NCBI GenBank assembly: GCA_951406725.2
Contig: OX597827.1
Coordinates: 52,762,001-52,826,000, forward strand
Direction of reading: 5' to 3'
DNA length: 64,000 nt
Source of the DNA: Octopus vulgaris
Lineage: Eukaryota
Positions 24,714 to 38,727 of this stretch are shown here, piece after piece. Every line of letters starts with the position of its first letter. Position 1 is the first letter of the stretch. The notes under the pieces are model-generated. The model saw only the letters and a program-made list of their open reading frames with translations. It ran no database searches and was not told the DNA's origin. The translations under genes and the position numbers were made by a program.

Positions 24714-25662
24714 AGATATATAATATATGTTGTTAAATATACACACATATATTAAGCACATTATTAAAGCAATAAAAATTTCTTTTTTAAGTGAAAGGAA
24801 TTTCAATTTCACTCTGTGAAAGTGTGAATGTTGGTTGTTAGTTGGTGAAAGTGAGAAAAGGATCTGGCGCTTTGGAATAAAATATTACTGAAAAGCTTTG
24901 CATTCCCTACACAGAACATCAAATTAGTGAGTGTACTAATGAAGAAATACTTGAGAAGACTTGTAAGCCATGAAACTCTTCTGTCAGTTTGAAAAGGCTA
25001 TAAATGAAGTGGTTTGGTCATATAAAACAACACAATGAAACCCTACCTTTAATAAACAGACATGCATGGACAAATACTGATAAAATAGGAATAAGAAGAG
25101 CACAAGGGTGGGGTGAGCAATATTATAGAATGAATAAGGAGAAAGATGGTGGAAAACTTGAGGTGTAGAAGGTAAGCCTCCCAAGACTTGATTTTGAATG
25201 ATTAGTGCATTTCACAAACTATTCTGTCTTCATTCTCCCAAGTTTTTAATTTGTCCTCATCTTACTTTCAGTAAAGTCGTTCTAGGTATTCAAAACAAAT
25301 GAAAATATTTCCTCCACTAATTAATGCAAATTTGGAGGTATTTTATAGACTATCAAACATACACTATGAAATAAATAAAAATTAATGCAAAATCTATCTT
25401 GTATATATATATATTTGGCAGGCAAAGCTAAAGCTAAAATTGTGTATTAGAAAAACTATTGCAGAGATCAGTGAAAAGATCACAGTCTTTGAAACAAGAC
25501 TACAGTATACAATATGAACGCCCCCCCCCCCAAAAAAAAAACAATAAAATATATCATTATCACCAATCATATATATATAATTAGCATAAAGGATGCTACA
25601 CAATCATAAGCAAAAAGAGTTGATAAAACAAAAGATAGAAATAAAAACAAAATCTCTTTTAC

Positions 25663-26107
25663 CTTCTGAAGCGGGTACAAATCCTTCATTTGCAATATCT
25701 TGAGAATCTGTTTCATCAGCAACGAAATCTGGAGCCATTTCTGGGTAAGAATCCGAAGAAAGGCTCGTCTCTAATTGAGGAATGCAGTTGAATGGAGAAG
25801 AAGAAGAAGAAGGATCAACCTTGATCTTGTCATCATATGTCAAGTCCTGTCCATTGATCTGAGGAGGCACTTGAACCACAGGGATTTTATCTTTGCCCTT
25901 TCGGACAAGTTTTGAAAGACTCTTTTTATTTGGTTTCTCTTTGAGAGGTGAATGCTCTTCATTTGGTGAGCTTTGTTCAGGGTAAGAAGAGACCATATCC
26001 ACAGGGCTGTTGATATGTTGATCTACTCCAATGTTACTTGGTATCTCTGCTGTTGATGGAGATGTTTTCTTTTCTGATATCATTATCTTTATGTCATCAT
26101 CACCATC
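25663..26107 (-). CDS. Coding exon 3, Ser/Pro/acidic low-complexity region (DGDDDIKIMISEKKTSPS...EGFVPASE+G)
   Basis: ttttgcttttgttattcag| acceptor, 445 nt open with protein-like composition, GAAG|gtaaaa donor, phase 0 in and phase 1 out; overlaps ORF-track 25604..26083. Confidence 0.85.
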
Positions 26108-28256
26108 CTGAATAACAAAAGCAAAATAAGTAATAAATATTTTTGGTTAAAAAAAAGAAGACAAAATTGCTTTTTGTAAAAGAGGGAGGTTACAAAACTT
26201 GGTGTATTTTGGATACTTATGTTAAAGACTTACTTTCATTGGTTATAAAGCAAAAATCCATCTTAGTAGTAATTGAATTTGGAAATGTGAGGCATCTTCC
26301 TTATTGTTTTAAGGTATCATTCTTAATAGGAACAGCAGCTCCTATTAAGTTACCAAGTAGCTGCTAGGTAACCCATATATTATAGTATACAACAAAATTT
26401 GTCTCAATGTGTTGTACCAAAAGTGTTTCTAATAACTGAAGTCATCCATCTCTAAGCTAAACCTTTAGGAAATACACTAAGCTAACGAAACTAGTTAATT
26501 CTACTGGGCTTTCATAACTAACAGCAGTGAACAATTCCTTTTGACTGAAGATCAAGTATTTTTTTAGCAGAGAAACAGTGTACTTTTGAGGATGAGATAA
26601 GAACTACTGAGTCAAGAAGATGGAGAAGATATGTACTGTTGTGTACAATTAATGTAGAGTTAGAAAATTTGGGAGTTTTTAGAATTAAAACTTTGTTTTT
26701 GATGCTTATTGTGGGACTTTAAGGTGAAAAACAGAATACTGAAATTGATTTAATGTGAGGGCTTCATGTATAATTAGCAAATTTTGGACATTGATGTAAA
26801 TTATAGAAATACTAGAAGAAGCAAAAAAAAAAAAAGAGACTATGAAATCATGATGGGCAAAAACATTGAGCATTACTGTCAAAAAAGCAGAGCTTTTTTA
26901 TACACACAAACACATATATTACACTTGTTATAACAATCACTAAATCAATAGTCTGTGTTAGTGAGCCATGGAAGCAAATATGAACAGCCAGGAAAACAAG
27001 AGACTGCTAGCTGTTTTCAATTTTTGAGGTGAGGATATAAAATAGTACCTTTGTTAATGAAGTGTGATTTCATACATCAGACAATTGTATTAGGGTGCCC
27101 CCAACTCCGCCTGAAAATTTAACTCTCATTCCACAAAACGCATGATCATTTGGCAGTTAGAAATGGTAGTCAAGTCTCTCTCAAATCACATTTTACTAAC
27201 TTTAAGAACAAAACAAAATAGGATACTGGATGGTCAGAATTATTTGCTTAACTAGGATTACCAGAGGTTAAACAATAAGAGTAAGAAATAAGAAACAGAA
27301 TACATCTTTAGTATATGAAAAATTTCTACTGAAGTCAAATAATAACTAACCACTGATTAATATTCATATATATAATAGTTAATTATGCGAGCCTCTAAAT
27401 GGTTGCTCATCTTGCTAGAAATAGAAACTGAGATATTTGGGTTTTTGGAATTACACTCAGGAGAATTTTGTATGTTTGTAATGAGAAGTTCTCTTTTGTT
27501 AATATTGGCTATAAAAGCAGCAATGATTTTTTGGTGCAACTATAACTATCCTTAATGATATTTCTATTAAATACCTTATATATCTATAATGTTCTTATTT
27601 AAGAGTTAGTTATAGGAATTATTTACTGCTGTAAAAAGGTTTGTAGTTTTATCTGATAGCAAGAAGTTTTGTTTCTTATTGTTTTTTATTGATATATTTA
27701 TATGCCAATAAAACCAGGAAATTGGCCCTTATGACCCAGGCATGGCTTGAGAAGGAACAAACAAACCCTTCCTCCTTACTCATCATAAACCTGCACCCAC
27801 TTCACTTTTAGTTAACCCAAGGGAAATAACTCACCCCCAACAAAATATGTAATCAGTTACACCCATTATCATATTTTAAACTCATAATACAAACTGGAGG
27901 CTACAACAAAAATATTACGGTTCATGGAGGTTGAGTTATTGATTAAACAGCTTCCCAGGATATGAAACTATAATCCATGATGAATTGTCACTAATGAATT
28001 ATATCATTTAATATCTTTCACTCTATGTATTGAATGCTCTGACTTTGTTCCTGTAAAAATCTATAGAAGTGGCAGCAAGTAAACAGCACATGGTATTTCA
28101 TTCCACACTTTACTGTTCCTACCAAACCATCACTTATTGTAACGATTTACTAAATTTGTGTAAAGTCAAAGACTTCTAAGAGATACAGGAGGTATGAGAA
28201 GTTATGATGATTACGCTTTTCTTGAGGACATTAGTAATGTAACTGAAACGGTTTAA

Positions 28257-28477
28257 CCCTTTCATTACTGTATTTATTTTCAGATGCTCTGTGTTTCTTT
28301 CAATTACTTTAAATATAACAAAGAATTTAGTAAAATAACTTAGTTATCATTCAGCCAGTGTTAGGAACATAAATTGTGACTAAGGTTTGGTGGAAGATTT
28401 TAATTCAGAACTTATGATAACAAGACATTTGTACTACAGAGCCAGAGCCAGTTTCAGTCCGGTTGGTAATGAAAGGG
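28257..28477. mobile_element. piggyBac-type MITE (221 bp)
   Basis: TTAA|CCCTTTCATTAC...GTAATGAAAGGG|TTAA: perfect 12-bp TIRs and TTAA TSD. Confidence 0.9.
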
Positions 28478-28483
28478 TTAAAG

Positions 28484-29379
28484 CAGTGGTTCTCAACTGT
28501 TTTTTTTTTTTTTTTTTACCTATGGACCCCTTTGATTACTATTTTATTCAGGTGGATCCCCATGATTATTTGATGTTTAAAAACTAGTTTTATTGATACT
28601 TCTTCCAAAATTCCTATTTCATTCTTCACACATGTGCTTGTGTAGGCTTGCAATAGCACTCTGAGAGAACATGTCACAGTGGTTAGAAACACACTGAACT
28701 ATCTTTTACTTTTTACTTGTTTCAGTGATTTGATTACAGCCATGTTGGGGCACTGCTATGAAGGGTTTTAGTCAAACAAGCGACCCCAGGACTTTATTCT
28801 ATTGGTCGTGTTTTGCTGAACTACTAAGTTATGGGGATGTAAACACACCAACACCAGTTGTCAAGTGGAGCTAGGAGACAAACACAAACAAAGACACAGA
28901 CACTCTTTTACTTGTTTCAATCATTTGACTGTGGCCATGCTGGAGCACCATATTTAGTTGGCCCCAGGACTAATTTTTTGTAAGCCTAGTACTTATTCTA
29001 TCAGTCTCTTATGCCGAACCATTAAGTTATGTTGGGGGATGAAACACAATCACACAAATATATACACACACATACATATGTATGATGGGCTTCGTTCATT
29101 TTCCGTCTACCAAATCCACTTTTTTCTTTCAGTGCCATTTACCAAATTCATTTACAAGGCTTTGGTCAGCCCAAGGCTATAGTAGAAAACATTTGCCCAA
29201 GGTGCCATGCAGTGGAACTGAACCTGGAGCCATGTGACTGGGAAGAAACCTAGTTGTTTCTTGCAATAAATACAGTGGAAACAAAATTTTTTCATTAACC
29301 CCTAAAATACTATCATGGACCTCCAATTTACTGTTTTGTTTGTGTGGACCCCCAGCAGGAACCTGGTTGAGAACCACTG
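28484..29379. mobile_element. hAT MITE containing two nested SINE-B fragments (about 28702-29250, minus)
   Basis: Perfect TIRs CAGTGGTTCTCAAC / GTTGAGAACCACTG; TSD GTTTAAAG (left copy split by the piggyBac MITE). Confidence 0.85.
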
Positions 29380-29547
29380 GTTTAAAGAATACACAAAATA
29401 TTCAAATTCCCAACAACAGACAACAAATATCATTCATCCCATAGAAACAGGCATAAAAGAAACAGACAATGTAATGGATGTCAAGTACTGCCTGTTAGAA
29501 ACTTGCTTCGAAACCAGTGGTCTGTCAGATCACTTCAACCTCTAGAC

Positions 29548-29766
29548 CAATGTTGCCCAGCTTATTTTCCTTCAGGCCCCTACAATAACTTTCCAGAAAA
29601 ATGTATGCCCCATTGGTGGTTGGAAAAATGTATAGGTTCAGTATGTTTGCTGTGAAAACAAAATTTTCACAATTCCATATCATACTATATAAAAAAAAGA
29701 GAAAAGAGAAAACTTTGGATCTCATGTCCCACCAGTAGAGCACATGCCCCATGTTGGGAATCACTG
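29548..29766. mobile_element. hAT MITE
   Basis: Degenerate TIRs CAATGTTGCCCAGC / GTTGGGAATCACTG; TSD CTCTAGAC / TTCTAGAC. Confidence 0.65.
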
Positions 29767-30987
29767 TTCTAGACCATAATGTAACCTTTCTATGCCACTT
29801 TTACAAAACGAAGCTAAATAACGTAAATCAAGAGACAGACATAAGTTGTTGCAATACTACTTGATGTATTTATAATTAGTCAATATTTTCTACTAAACAA
29901 AATTTTAAAAAAACCAAATATCTTTTTATGGTTCTCAAGACCTCCATAATGAACCTAAATCACTCACCACACCAAAGAAGTGTGTATACTTCTGCACATA
30001 TAAGCACTAGGTTAATTAGCGATCTATTTCCTCAGGTTCTAAGTGCAAAATTTTAGACCAAAGCAAGATCATAATTTTCCACCCCACTTTTCATGTTACT
30101 TTTAATCTATATTATGGAGGAAGGTACAAACTAGCACAGTTTTAACACTTAATTTTTTTTCACTGTATTTTTAATATTATTTCAACATCATTTTGACTTC
30201 ACATGGCCCAATTTTTTTTACATTCACTTAAATACTTCTTCAACCAATTCCATAATTTAACTTGTTCATGTGTTTCAGCCTTCACCATCCTTCTACAGAA
30301 TGGCATTATCTGTAGCATATATTCTTTCCACTCACACTCCCCACATCTCAAAGGCCAACAGTACTTTTTCACTAGTTTTTAGCTTCGTCTACATTCTGAG
30401 TCCGGGGTTAGCTTTGCATTCCACTATCTAGGTGGGGGGGGGGGGGGGCTCTGAAAGGGGTCTCAGGGAGTAGTGTCCCTGCCTTCCTAAGCTAATTTTC
30501 CATCACATTTTTTAAAGATTGTGGTAAAAGCCTTGGTCTCGGGACCACTCATGTCTAGAAACTGAGGTTGGGGGTCAGTAAGGGCATGCTCCCTGTAGAA
30601 AATCCAGCTCCCAAAAAGCCTCATGATAGCAAAGGAGAATGGGCACCAGTCAGCCAGCCAGCCCAAAGGTTGGGGTGGGCTGCACCTGCCTACCTCTGTT
30701 TCTATGGCATTGGGGACAAAACCCAGATTTAAAACACTGGATGATGATGATGATAGTGTCAATCCGAAGGCCATTAAGTACCAGTTCTTTACATGTATTG
30801 ATTCTACTCCTTCCTTTTAAAATTGTAGCCTTGTTTTTATGTAAGAAACTATCACCATTTCTATTATTGCCAGTTTCCTATAAATCTGTTACTTTGTACC
30901 AAAGTAAGAAATCATTTGCAGATATTGCAGGGAAATGGTGCATCATTATTATTATTATTAGTAGTCTTGATATAAATGATAATGTTA

Positions 30988-31360
30988 GTTCGGTTACGAC
31001 GACGAGGGTTCCGGTTGATCCGAATCAACAGAACAGCCTGCTCGTGAAATTAACGTGTAAGTGGCTGAGCACTCCACAGACACGTGTACCCTTAACGTAG
31101 TTCTCAGGGATATTCAGCGTGACACAGAGAGTGACAAGGCCAGCCCTTTGAAATACAGGTACAACAGAAACAGGAAGTAAGAGTGAGAGAAAGTTGTAGT
31201 GAAAGAGTACAGCAGGGATCACCACCATCCCTGCCAGGGCCTCGTGGAGCTTTAGGTGTTTTCGCTCAATAAACACTCACAACGCCCGGTCTGGGAATCG
31301 AAACCGTGATCCTACGACCGCGAGTCCGCTGCCCTAACCACTGGGCCATTGCGCCTCCAC
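30988..31360 (-). mobile_element. SINE family D (tRNA-Arg-like head), tail type 1
   Basis: GTGGAGGCGCAATGGCCCAGTGGTTAGGGCAGCGGACTCGCGGTCG...GGTTTCGATTCCC head. Confidence 0.88.
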
Positions 31361-32685
31361 TGTCCCCATCTACATTGCTTTCAATCATAAGATTTGATGT
31401 CTTACATTTGTAAATTAAAATTGAACTGCAATAAATTTTACTTTCCATCACTCAGCATGAATAAAATAAATTGCAATAATGAATGGAACTGAATTCCATT
31501 GTTAAACTAAATTGCCTTCAGTTCTTTCTTATACCTACTGTTAAATTCCTCAGTAAAATTTACTACCAACTATGTTCCAATCTATTAACTAAGCATTCAA
31601 TTGTTGTAGGGATGGTGCTGATCTTAGTCATCACAACCCTTGTCTGCTTGGCTCTCAGATGATTGAGATACGTGAGGTTTAGTGACTTCCTTAGCATGAT
31701 GCTATAAATGATATATGAACTCACCAACTCAGCAAGAACAATGGTAATTTATTTTGCTATAGTTGTTTAGCCTGATAGTTTTAGAGCAGACCTATGGTCA
31801 AAGAGGTTTTAGTCTGTAACCATATGTCTTTTTTTCTTTTCAGGCACTATGTACACTGTCCAAAATAATTTTAGATATCATTTTTAAAACAGAAGGGTTT
31901 AATTTAAGTGAAATTCGGTTGCTATTTCTAGCAACTTAAGGAGCCACACACAGACTTCCTTGTTGATTTGTAATCATTTACATACTTGGCTAAGTGGTTT
32001 TCCAGTCTATCAAACTAGGTAATAAACATATACCAAAGAGTTGTTACAAAGCCAAAGAGTATTGATTTTCCCCAAAGTATAAAACTCAGATTTAAAACAT
32101 AGAGAACATCTATGCCTTTCATGAAACATTAATGATGTTGGTGAAATGAAACAAAGTTAGTAGAAGAATTTGCAGTCTTAGCTTGCCAGGAATTTACAAT
32201 AGCATTTAAAAAAACAAAACAAAAAAACCCAGCAAAAATGTTATCTAATCATGAATAAATGCATTAGTTGTATGTGTAAATGTGCATTGTGTGTGTGAGT
32301 GTGTGATTTATTTGAGAAAAGCTACAATTATGACATTTTCAGAATTTCATATGCCAGTCAATAACAAGAATTTAAGAGGGTTTTGAAGAAGATGTCTCAG
32401 ATTACTTGTAAAATTATATCAATAGGGGCTTTTGTATCATTGCAGAAAATTCTAATGGGGCATGTACTTTACACAAGGAACTAACAGTAAGTTTACCTAA
32501 TACAATACACATTTTAAACAACACAGGATTTTTTTTACTAGTATATTTTCTAAAAGAGAGTGACATAGCCTATTTGGTCTATCCCATCTCCATTGATTTT
32601 GAACTCAGAACAATAAGATACATGTAGAAAAACATGTAGACTGGCATTCTACTGTATTACTTGGTATTTGTACCTTAGTGGTTTT

Positions 32686-32907
32686 GAAGGTGGTGAGCTG
32701 GCACACTGGGCAAAATGCGTAGCCGTATTTCATCTGCTGTTACGTTCTGAGTTCAAATTCCGCCGAGGTTGACTTTGCCTCTCATCCTTTCGGAGTCGAT
32801 AAATTAAGTACTAGTTACGCTCTGGGGTCGATATAATCGACTTAATCCGTCTGTCTGTCCTTGTTTGTCTCCTCTGTGTTTAGCCCCTTGTGGGTAGTAA
32901 AGAATTA
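32686..32907 (+). mobile_element. SINE family A, young copy
   Basis: Perfect 23-bp TSD GGTATTTGTACCTTAGTGGTTTT (32663-32685, 32908-32930). Confidence 0.92.
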
Positions 32908-34099
32908 GGTATTTGTACCTTAGTGGTTTTTGTTTTTGAACAGCCTAGTTTTCACCAAAATAATTCTGCTTTTCCTTCTTTGACTTAAGCTTTTACACCA
33001 ATTTACAATTGCTACATATAATCAAAACATGATGTTTCTTTAACAATCTTATAGTAACAAATGCTAAAGATCAAACCACTTATTCTGCCCCACCCACCAA
33101 TTAAAAGAAAAAGAAAACTAAAACTTTCTTGAAAAACATGGGTTAATTTCACAAAGAATAAAGAGCAGTGATGACTTGGTACCAAAAATAGAAAAGGATT
33201 CTTCACCAAACTTCTGAATCTCCATAAATTCAGCAAGATCATGACTTGTTCCTTTCATAGGTTTAAAATTTCTTTAAAAGTATTACACTATTTGTTTCAA
33301 TCTTTCTTAAAACTTATGTCTTTTCTTTTTAAAAAAGGGGAAGTGGATAAATACTTTAATCTTTAACATTTGTGAACTTAAAATTTTGCACCTTCTTTAT
33401 ACATTTTAGACTATTGTAGTTACTGCAGGTCAGAGTAAATTGAAAGGAATGTGTAGAAGTGAATTTGTTAGATGTAAAATGAAAAGTGAAACTGTTCGGT
33501 GAGATAAAGTCCAGACAAGCACCTGGAGTATAACTTATCAAAAACTGCTAAATAATCTTTCAGACGTTGTTTATAGAAGATCAAAAACTTTTCATATAAA
33601 TTGTTTAATTTTGATAGTTTCAATTACATTTAGTTTCACACATACTGAATTATTATCCTCATTTATATAAACATAACATGTACACTTAATTATATGGTAG
33701 TGAATTGTGTGATGTTATATTAACATTCATACATATTCACAATACAGCCCTTACTACATATGATACTGTTCACAAAACAGCTGTTTTTACACATGCTGTG
33801 GTCAACAGAGCTAGGATTATTCTATGTGGGTTGTCAACTAAATCAACACTTGACATGTGTTGTTACATGAAGAACATGAATTTACCTTGATTCAGTTAGC
33901 CTTCACTTGAAGGCAACTTAATAATTAAATCATTACAATGCCCTTACACACACTATAATATACAGACTTACTCGTATATAAACACACACTTGTATATGAA
34001 CACTGACTTTTACACACTCATCTCTACATTTACATACATATGTACACATGTATGGATACACACATACACAGATTTACACATACTTAGTTATAACACACA

Positions 34100-37000
34100 T
34101 GTATATATACTCAATCAACTCTCCAGATAGAAAATTGCACTGTTATTCAAGAACATTGTACCGTCTTTCAGATAACAGCGCTGGATTCAACGGAATTGAT
34201 AACATTTCCTTACACTGAAATAGATACCCTTTTACATCGAACGTTATTCTGCTGCGGGCTTGTCAAAGATAACTTTAAGTTAGCAGGAAAATACTTTCCC
34301 ACTCTGATTCAAATTGTTTCGTATATTCTACTTTAGTTGAATTTATATTTTCCACAATGTAAACAGTGAAGAAAAAGTAATCAACTGCAGAGTAGTTCTA
34401 CAGTTATTGAAATAAACGAAACAGAAACAATACAAGGAAGCTAAATACATACGGAATGCTTAAGAAATATGATTGTTCTATATTTCAAAAACAAAACTTT
34501 AAAGCGTCAACCAATGAAAGTATACTCATCAGTGTCGTTGAACCCAAATCTAAATTGGTCAAGTTTATGATAAAATGATTTCCAACTGTGACAGTCCTGA
34601 TTTATTATCATTTTCTATAAATAATCTGAACTTCATAACCTAATGCATATTAGGATGTCACAAAAATTCATTCAAAGAGAAAATGAAATTCCCAATGAAT
34701 CCGGGACGGGGGTGACCCCCTTCGCCTCCCTCTTTTTCCAAACCAAAATAAAGGATTTGCAGCATATTAGGAGGTCAGGGTACTTGATTTCACGCCAAAA
34801 AAATCCGAGTTTTTTTTTTTTTTCTTAGTGAAAATTGCGCGGGTGTTACTCTGAACATTTACACACACACACACACACACACACAGAGGAGTGTTGTTAA
34901 TTCAAGCAGCTAAATTACAAAATAAGTAATATTTATGAACTTCGCCTAATTCCAGATTGAAAACTTTGAACTTGTTAGAAATAACTATTTCAATGACCAT
35001 TTTAACACAGGCACACGTTAAAAACGTTTCTTTTCGATTTCAGTAGTATTATAAGACAGAGAGATAAATTTTGACAAAAAAAAAAAGAAAAAAAAAAAAG
35101 ATCTGGAAACTGCTAACTTTGACATATCAACATCAAGTAATTTGGTGTCACAGACATTATTATTTAAAGTATTCGAAAGGGAAGGAAGGGAAACGAGACT
35201 TAGAAGAAGAAAAAAATTCACAACGGAATCTGACTGGAGTTTTAGAAGTAAAGCGCGATAGTTGTGCAAATGTGTCAAATTATGATTCCGAGTGTACTTG
35301 GATGAAAATTAGTTGTCTACATTTTAAATCCGCAAAAAAGGATTGTGTGACAAACGGAGTTCTGAGGTTAAGGGTGAAGATTTTAGAAGGAAGGCACAAT
35401 TCTGTGTGTGTTTATATATGTATATCTTTTCTGTTACAATTTCATTCATATGTATATATAGGAATCAATTCTAGAACTTGACATTTTAATGATTCCAGAA
35501 AGATGAGATTTAACCTCAGAAGATAAAAGACAGTGTCTAAAAAAACAACAGATATTTTATCCGCGAGTCTAAATATTCTGTCAATTTATTCTCCTTAAGG
35601 ACTTCTAAAAACGTTTCCCTCTTCACAGAAGTTAGTGGTGTAGGTGTGCGTAAAAGCGTTAAATAAAATTACATCAATCAAAAGCGTATTATCTCATCAT
35701 GAATTTTCATCAAACAACAAATGTCATCGTGCATGCGACTACACACACTCACACGTACTAGTACACATTGGACAACTGACAGTGAGAAATAGTTTTTCAA
35801 CATCCTACCTCAATAACTTTCCGCATGAAATATCAACATTAGATGATTGGTAGAGCAACGCAAAAAAAAAAATAAACAACAACTTTGAGGATGAAATACT
35901 AAGTTAATAGAACGTAGATGCTTTAACAGCAAGAAACGCACGAGTGCGTATTTCCATGTATTAGCGTGAAGTAGTCAGGATGGTAAGTGTAAATGGAAGT
36001 CTGATTCAGAAAACTTTCTTCATCCTCCTACAAAGTTTTTGAGCTGACTCAGACGAAGGGAAGTAACTCTATTCGCCAATCTCACTTCATCTTTTAAACC
36101 CCCAACTCCATCAAAGTTTTGACATATTTTCTTCTTTATCTCTCACGCGCACTGTCTGATAACAATAATAATAGAATGTTGGTAAGGGAAGCATTTGAAT
36201 TCTGCATTAAACAATGTCAGTGGCTGCATATTTATTTTTTAATTTCATTCTGAGGGAAAATGAAAAGATGCTGACGCCAGCTTTATCTTTCGTCCTTTAT
36301 GAAGATTAAGCTAGCCTCAATTAAATAGATAGATAGATAAAGAGATATATAGATAGAGAGATATATAGATAGAGAGATATATAGATAGAGAGATATATAG
36401 ATAGAGAGATAGATAGAGAGATAGATAGATAGAGAGATAGATAGATAGATAAAGAGATATATAGATAGAGAGATATATAGATAGAGAGATATATAGATAG
36501 ATAGATAAAGAGATATATAGATAGAGAGATATATAGATAGAGAGATTGATAGATAGATAGGTATGTATGTATATCTCTTATTTTTTAAAATTATTATAAA
36601 TCTTCCACTGAAGAGGAAGTCGGTTTCCAACAAAGATACAAGGCTCCATCCTCGAGATGTAGTTAACAGACAAATTGTATGTATGCATGTTAGGTGGGCG
36701 GGTCCGCGTACACGCGCGCAAACAGCTGTTCTTTGAGGTACGTAGTATTAAAAGTATGGCATTAATATAATTTAGAAGTTGTGAAACATTGAAAAAAAAT
36801 CTTTTGTTTACTTTCGTGAATGTATCTGAATATTTCCCCAATTCCACTAACCTTAATCACAGATCTGGTTGATCAAGACTAACAGGCTAGAAATAGTTAT
36901 AAAATTTACTTCAAACCATATATTACCGCTAAAAATAAAAAATGAAAATAAGGACGCATTGAATGAATTGGTCCTAGATACACTGTCCCTAAAACCAAAG

Positions 37001-38000
37001 TAGAGCGGTCATAATTGGAATCCTTTCAACAAATGCCTGCTCAATTGATTCTAAACAGTATCTCGGTCATCAACACACGCAACTGTACCACTTCCACCAT
37101 CATCTCTACGACTTGTCGATTAGTATCACCAATCTACGAAATTATTATGGCTATTATTTAAAGGATTGTCTAGTTAATTATTGACATTTTTTTTTTTCTT
37201 TTGCGTGGGCCTGTCAATTGTTTTCCTTTACTCCTATATTTATATTAACTTATCAACTCATTACAATCAATATAATAAATTTATATAAAAGAGTTTTATC
37301 CCATTTCACAGACTTCGCTACTGGAACTATAAAAGGTGATGGTTCGTACTGAGGGAGGAAAACAACGGTTAATATCGAAATATCTTATTCTTTGATTTCA
37401 AAATCCAAATGTATTTTTGTTTAATGTTACCACTCATTCATGGACACGAACACACATACAAATAAAGAGAGAGGGAGAAACAAGTAGATAAAGCAATGGA
37501 CATGAATGCACAGACTATCGTATATTTTTCATACGATTTAGACGATATTTTAAATTAGATAATCTTAGTAGCAAAGAGTATAATGCTTTACTCAAATGAC
37601 AACATAATCTCTCGTGGCCAACAAGCGAGCGTTTAAGCGGTCAACGACATGCTATAAACAGCAGTCAGATATTCAACTTGTGTATCGCATCCGTCAACAC
37701 GCTCGTCGCCAGACTTTGGTGCCAGGGGATGCTTCAGAATATTCTGGGCGGGAAATAATTTGTAATAATGTTGAAGTGGAGTTTCGAAATAAGTGTATCA
37801 CTGTAAATTTGAGGGTACACCATTGAATAGTAAGGCGGAGTAGCGCCGTCCAGTGCATCCCCTTAGCGACGGGCATGCCTGTTAATTAAGGTGGGAGTGC
37901 AAAAATTGTATTTTCTCCCAGGCGCTGTAAACCCTTCCTACTCTATATACGTCAATAACTACTCTATAAATGTGTGACGTATATGAATCATTATTATAGC
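34100..38000. promoter_or_regulatory. CpG-retaining, SINE-free island (candidate promoter/enhancer)
   Basis: Visibly more CpG than the flanks; GGAAGT, TGGGCGGG, GCGCGCA and CAGCTG clustered at 36615-36730; minus-strand donor CGA|gtaagt near 33971. Confidence 0.4.
36325..36560. repeat. Compound GATA/GAGA/TATA microsatellite
   Basis: Direct observation; recurring 16-nt unit ATAGAGAGATATATAG. Confidence 0.95.
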
Positions 38001-38454
38001 AATAAATGCAATGAGCTAATTAGGTAGGTCATTGTGTAGTTGTTCCACCCTGTAGAAATAACAGCCTATCCTCCTTTAAACCACAACCTCCTGTTTTCAA
38101 AATATGACTGTACATGTTGATGGTTATGACAGGAACACGTTTGATCCTAGGTCGACTCAATCAGGTCTGGTCGGGGGTTAGTCAACTACAACAAAAGCAA
38201 ATAGCTGTTAGCTTCCTTTCTTTGGAACATCATCAACTGATCATTTTCAGTTAATGAGGGAAGGATTGACCAAATTCTTAACTATTGGTTTTATCTGCCT
38301 TCATAAAAAATAACTTACCTATCAGGATATTCTTAAAGAGTAGCAAAATAGGAAAGTTGTAACTTTCATTCTTCATTCAAGAGTATTTTACTCTGCATAC
38401 TTTAGCTTCGTTATTAAGGCAACAGTCCTGATACTTATTGATTAGATGTCATAC

Positions 38455-38722
38455 TGCTAAGCATTTTGCCTGGTGTGCTAATGATTCTGCCTGCTCGCTG
38501 CCTTAAATAATGGTGTCAAATTTTGGCACAAGGTCAGCAATTTCCGGGAAGTGGGTAAATCGATTACATTGACCCCAGTACTCAAACTGGTACTTATTTT
38601 ATTGACTCCAAAAGGATGAAAGGTGAAGTTGACCTCAGTTGAATTTGAACTCAGAAAGTAAAGACAGAAGAAACATCACTAAGCATTTCATCTGGCATGA
38701 CAATGATTCTCCAGATCACCAC
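38455..38722 (-). mobile_element. SINE family A (fragment plus full copy)
   Basis: Family match. Confidence 0.8.
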
Positions 38723-38727
38723 CTTGT

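Noticed and set aside
25604-25662. C-terminal tail of ORF 25604..26083
   Set aside because: Lies after the GAAG|gtaaaa donor; T-rich intronic read-through
36283-36633. 116-aa ORF with YLSI repeats
   Set aside because: GATA microsatellite translation; the same applies to 55533..55967, 45111..45371 and 46411..46635
37825-37950. GC-rich patch, possible structured RNA
   Set aside because: More like a decayed small DNA-transposon fragment; no convincing fold, TIR or TSD
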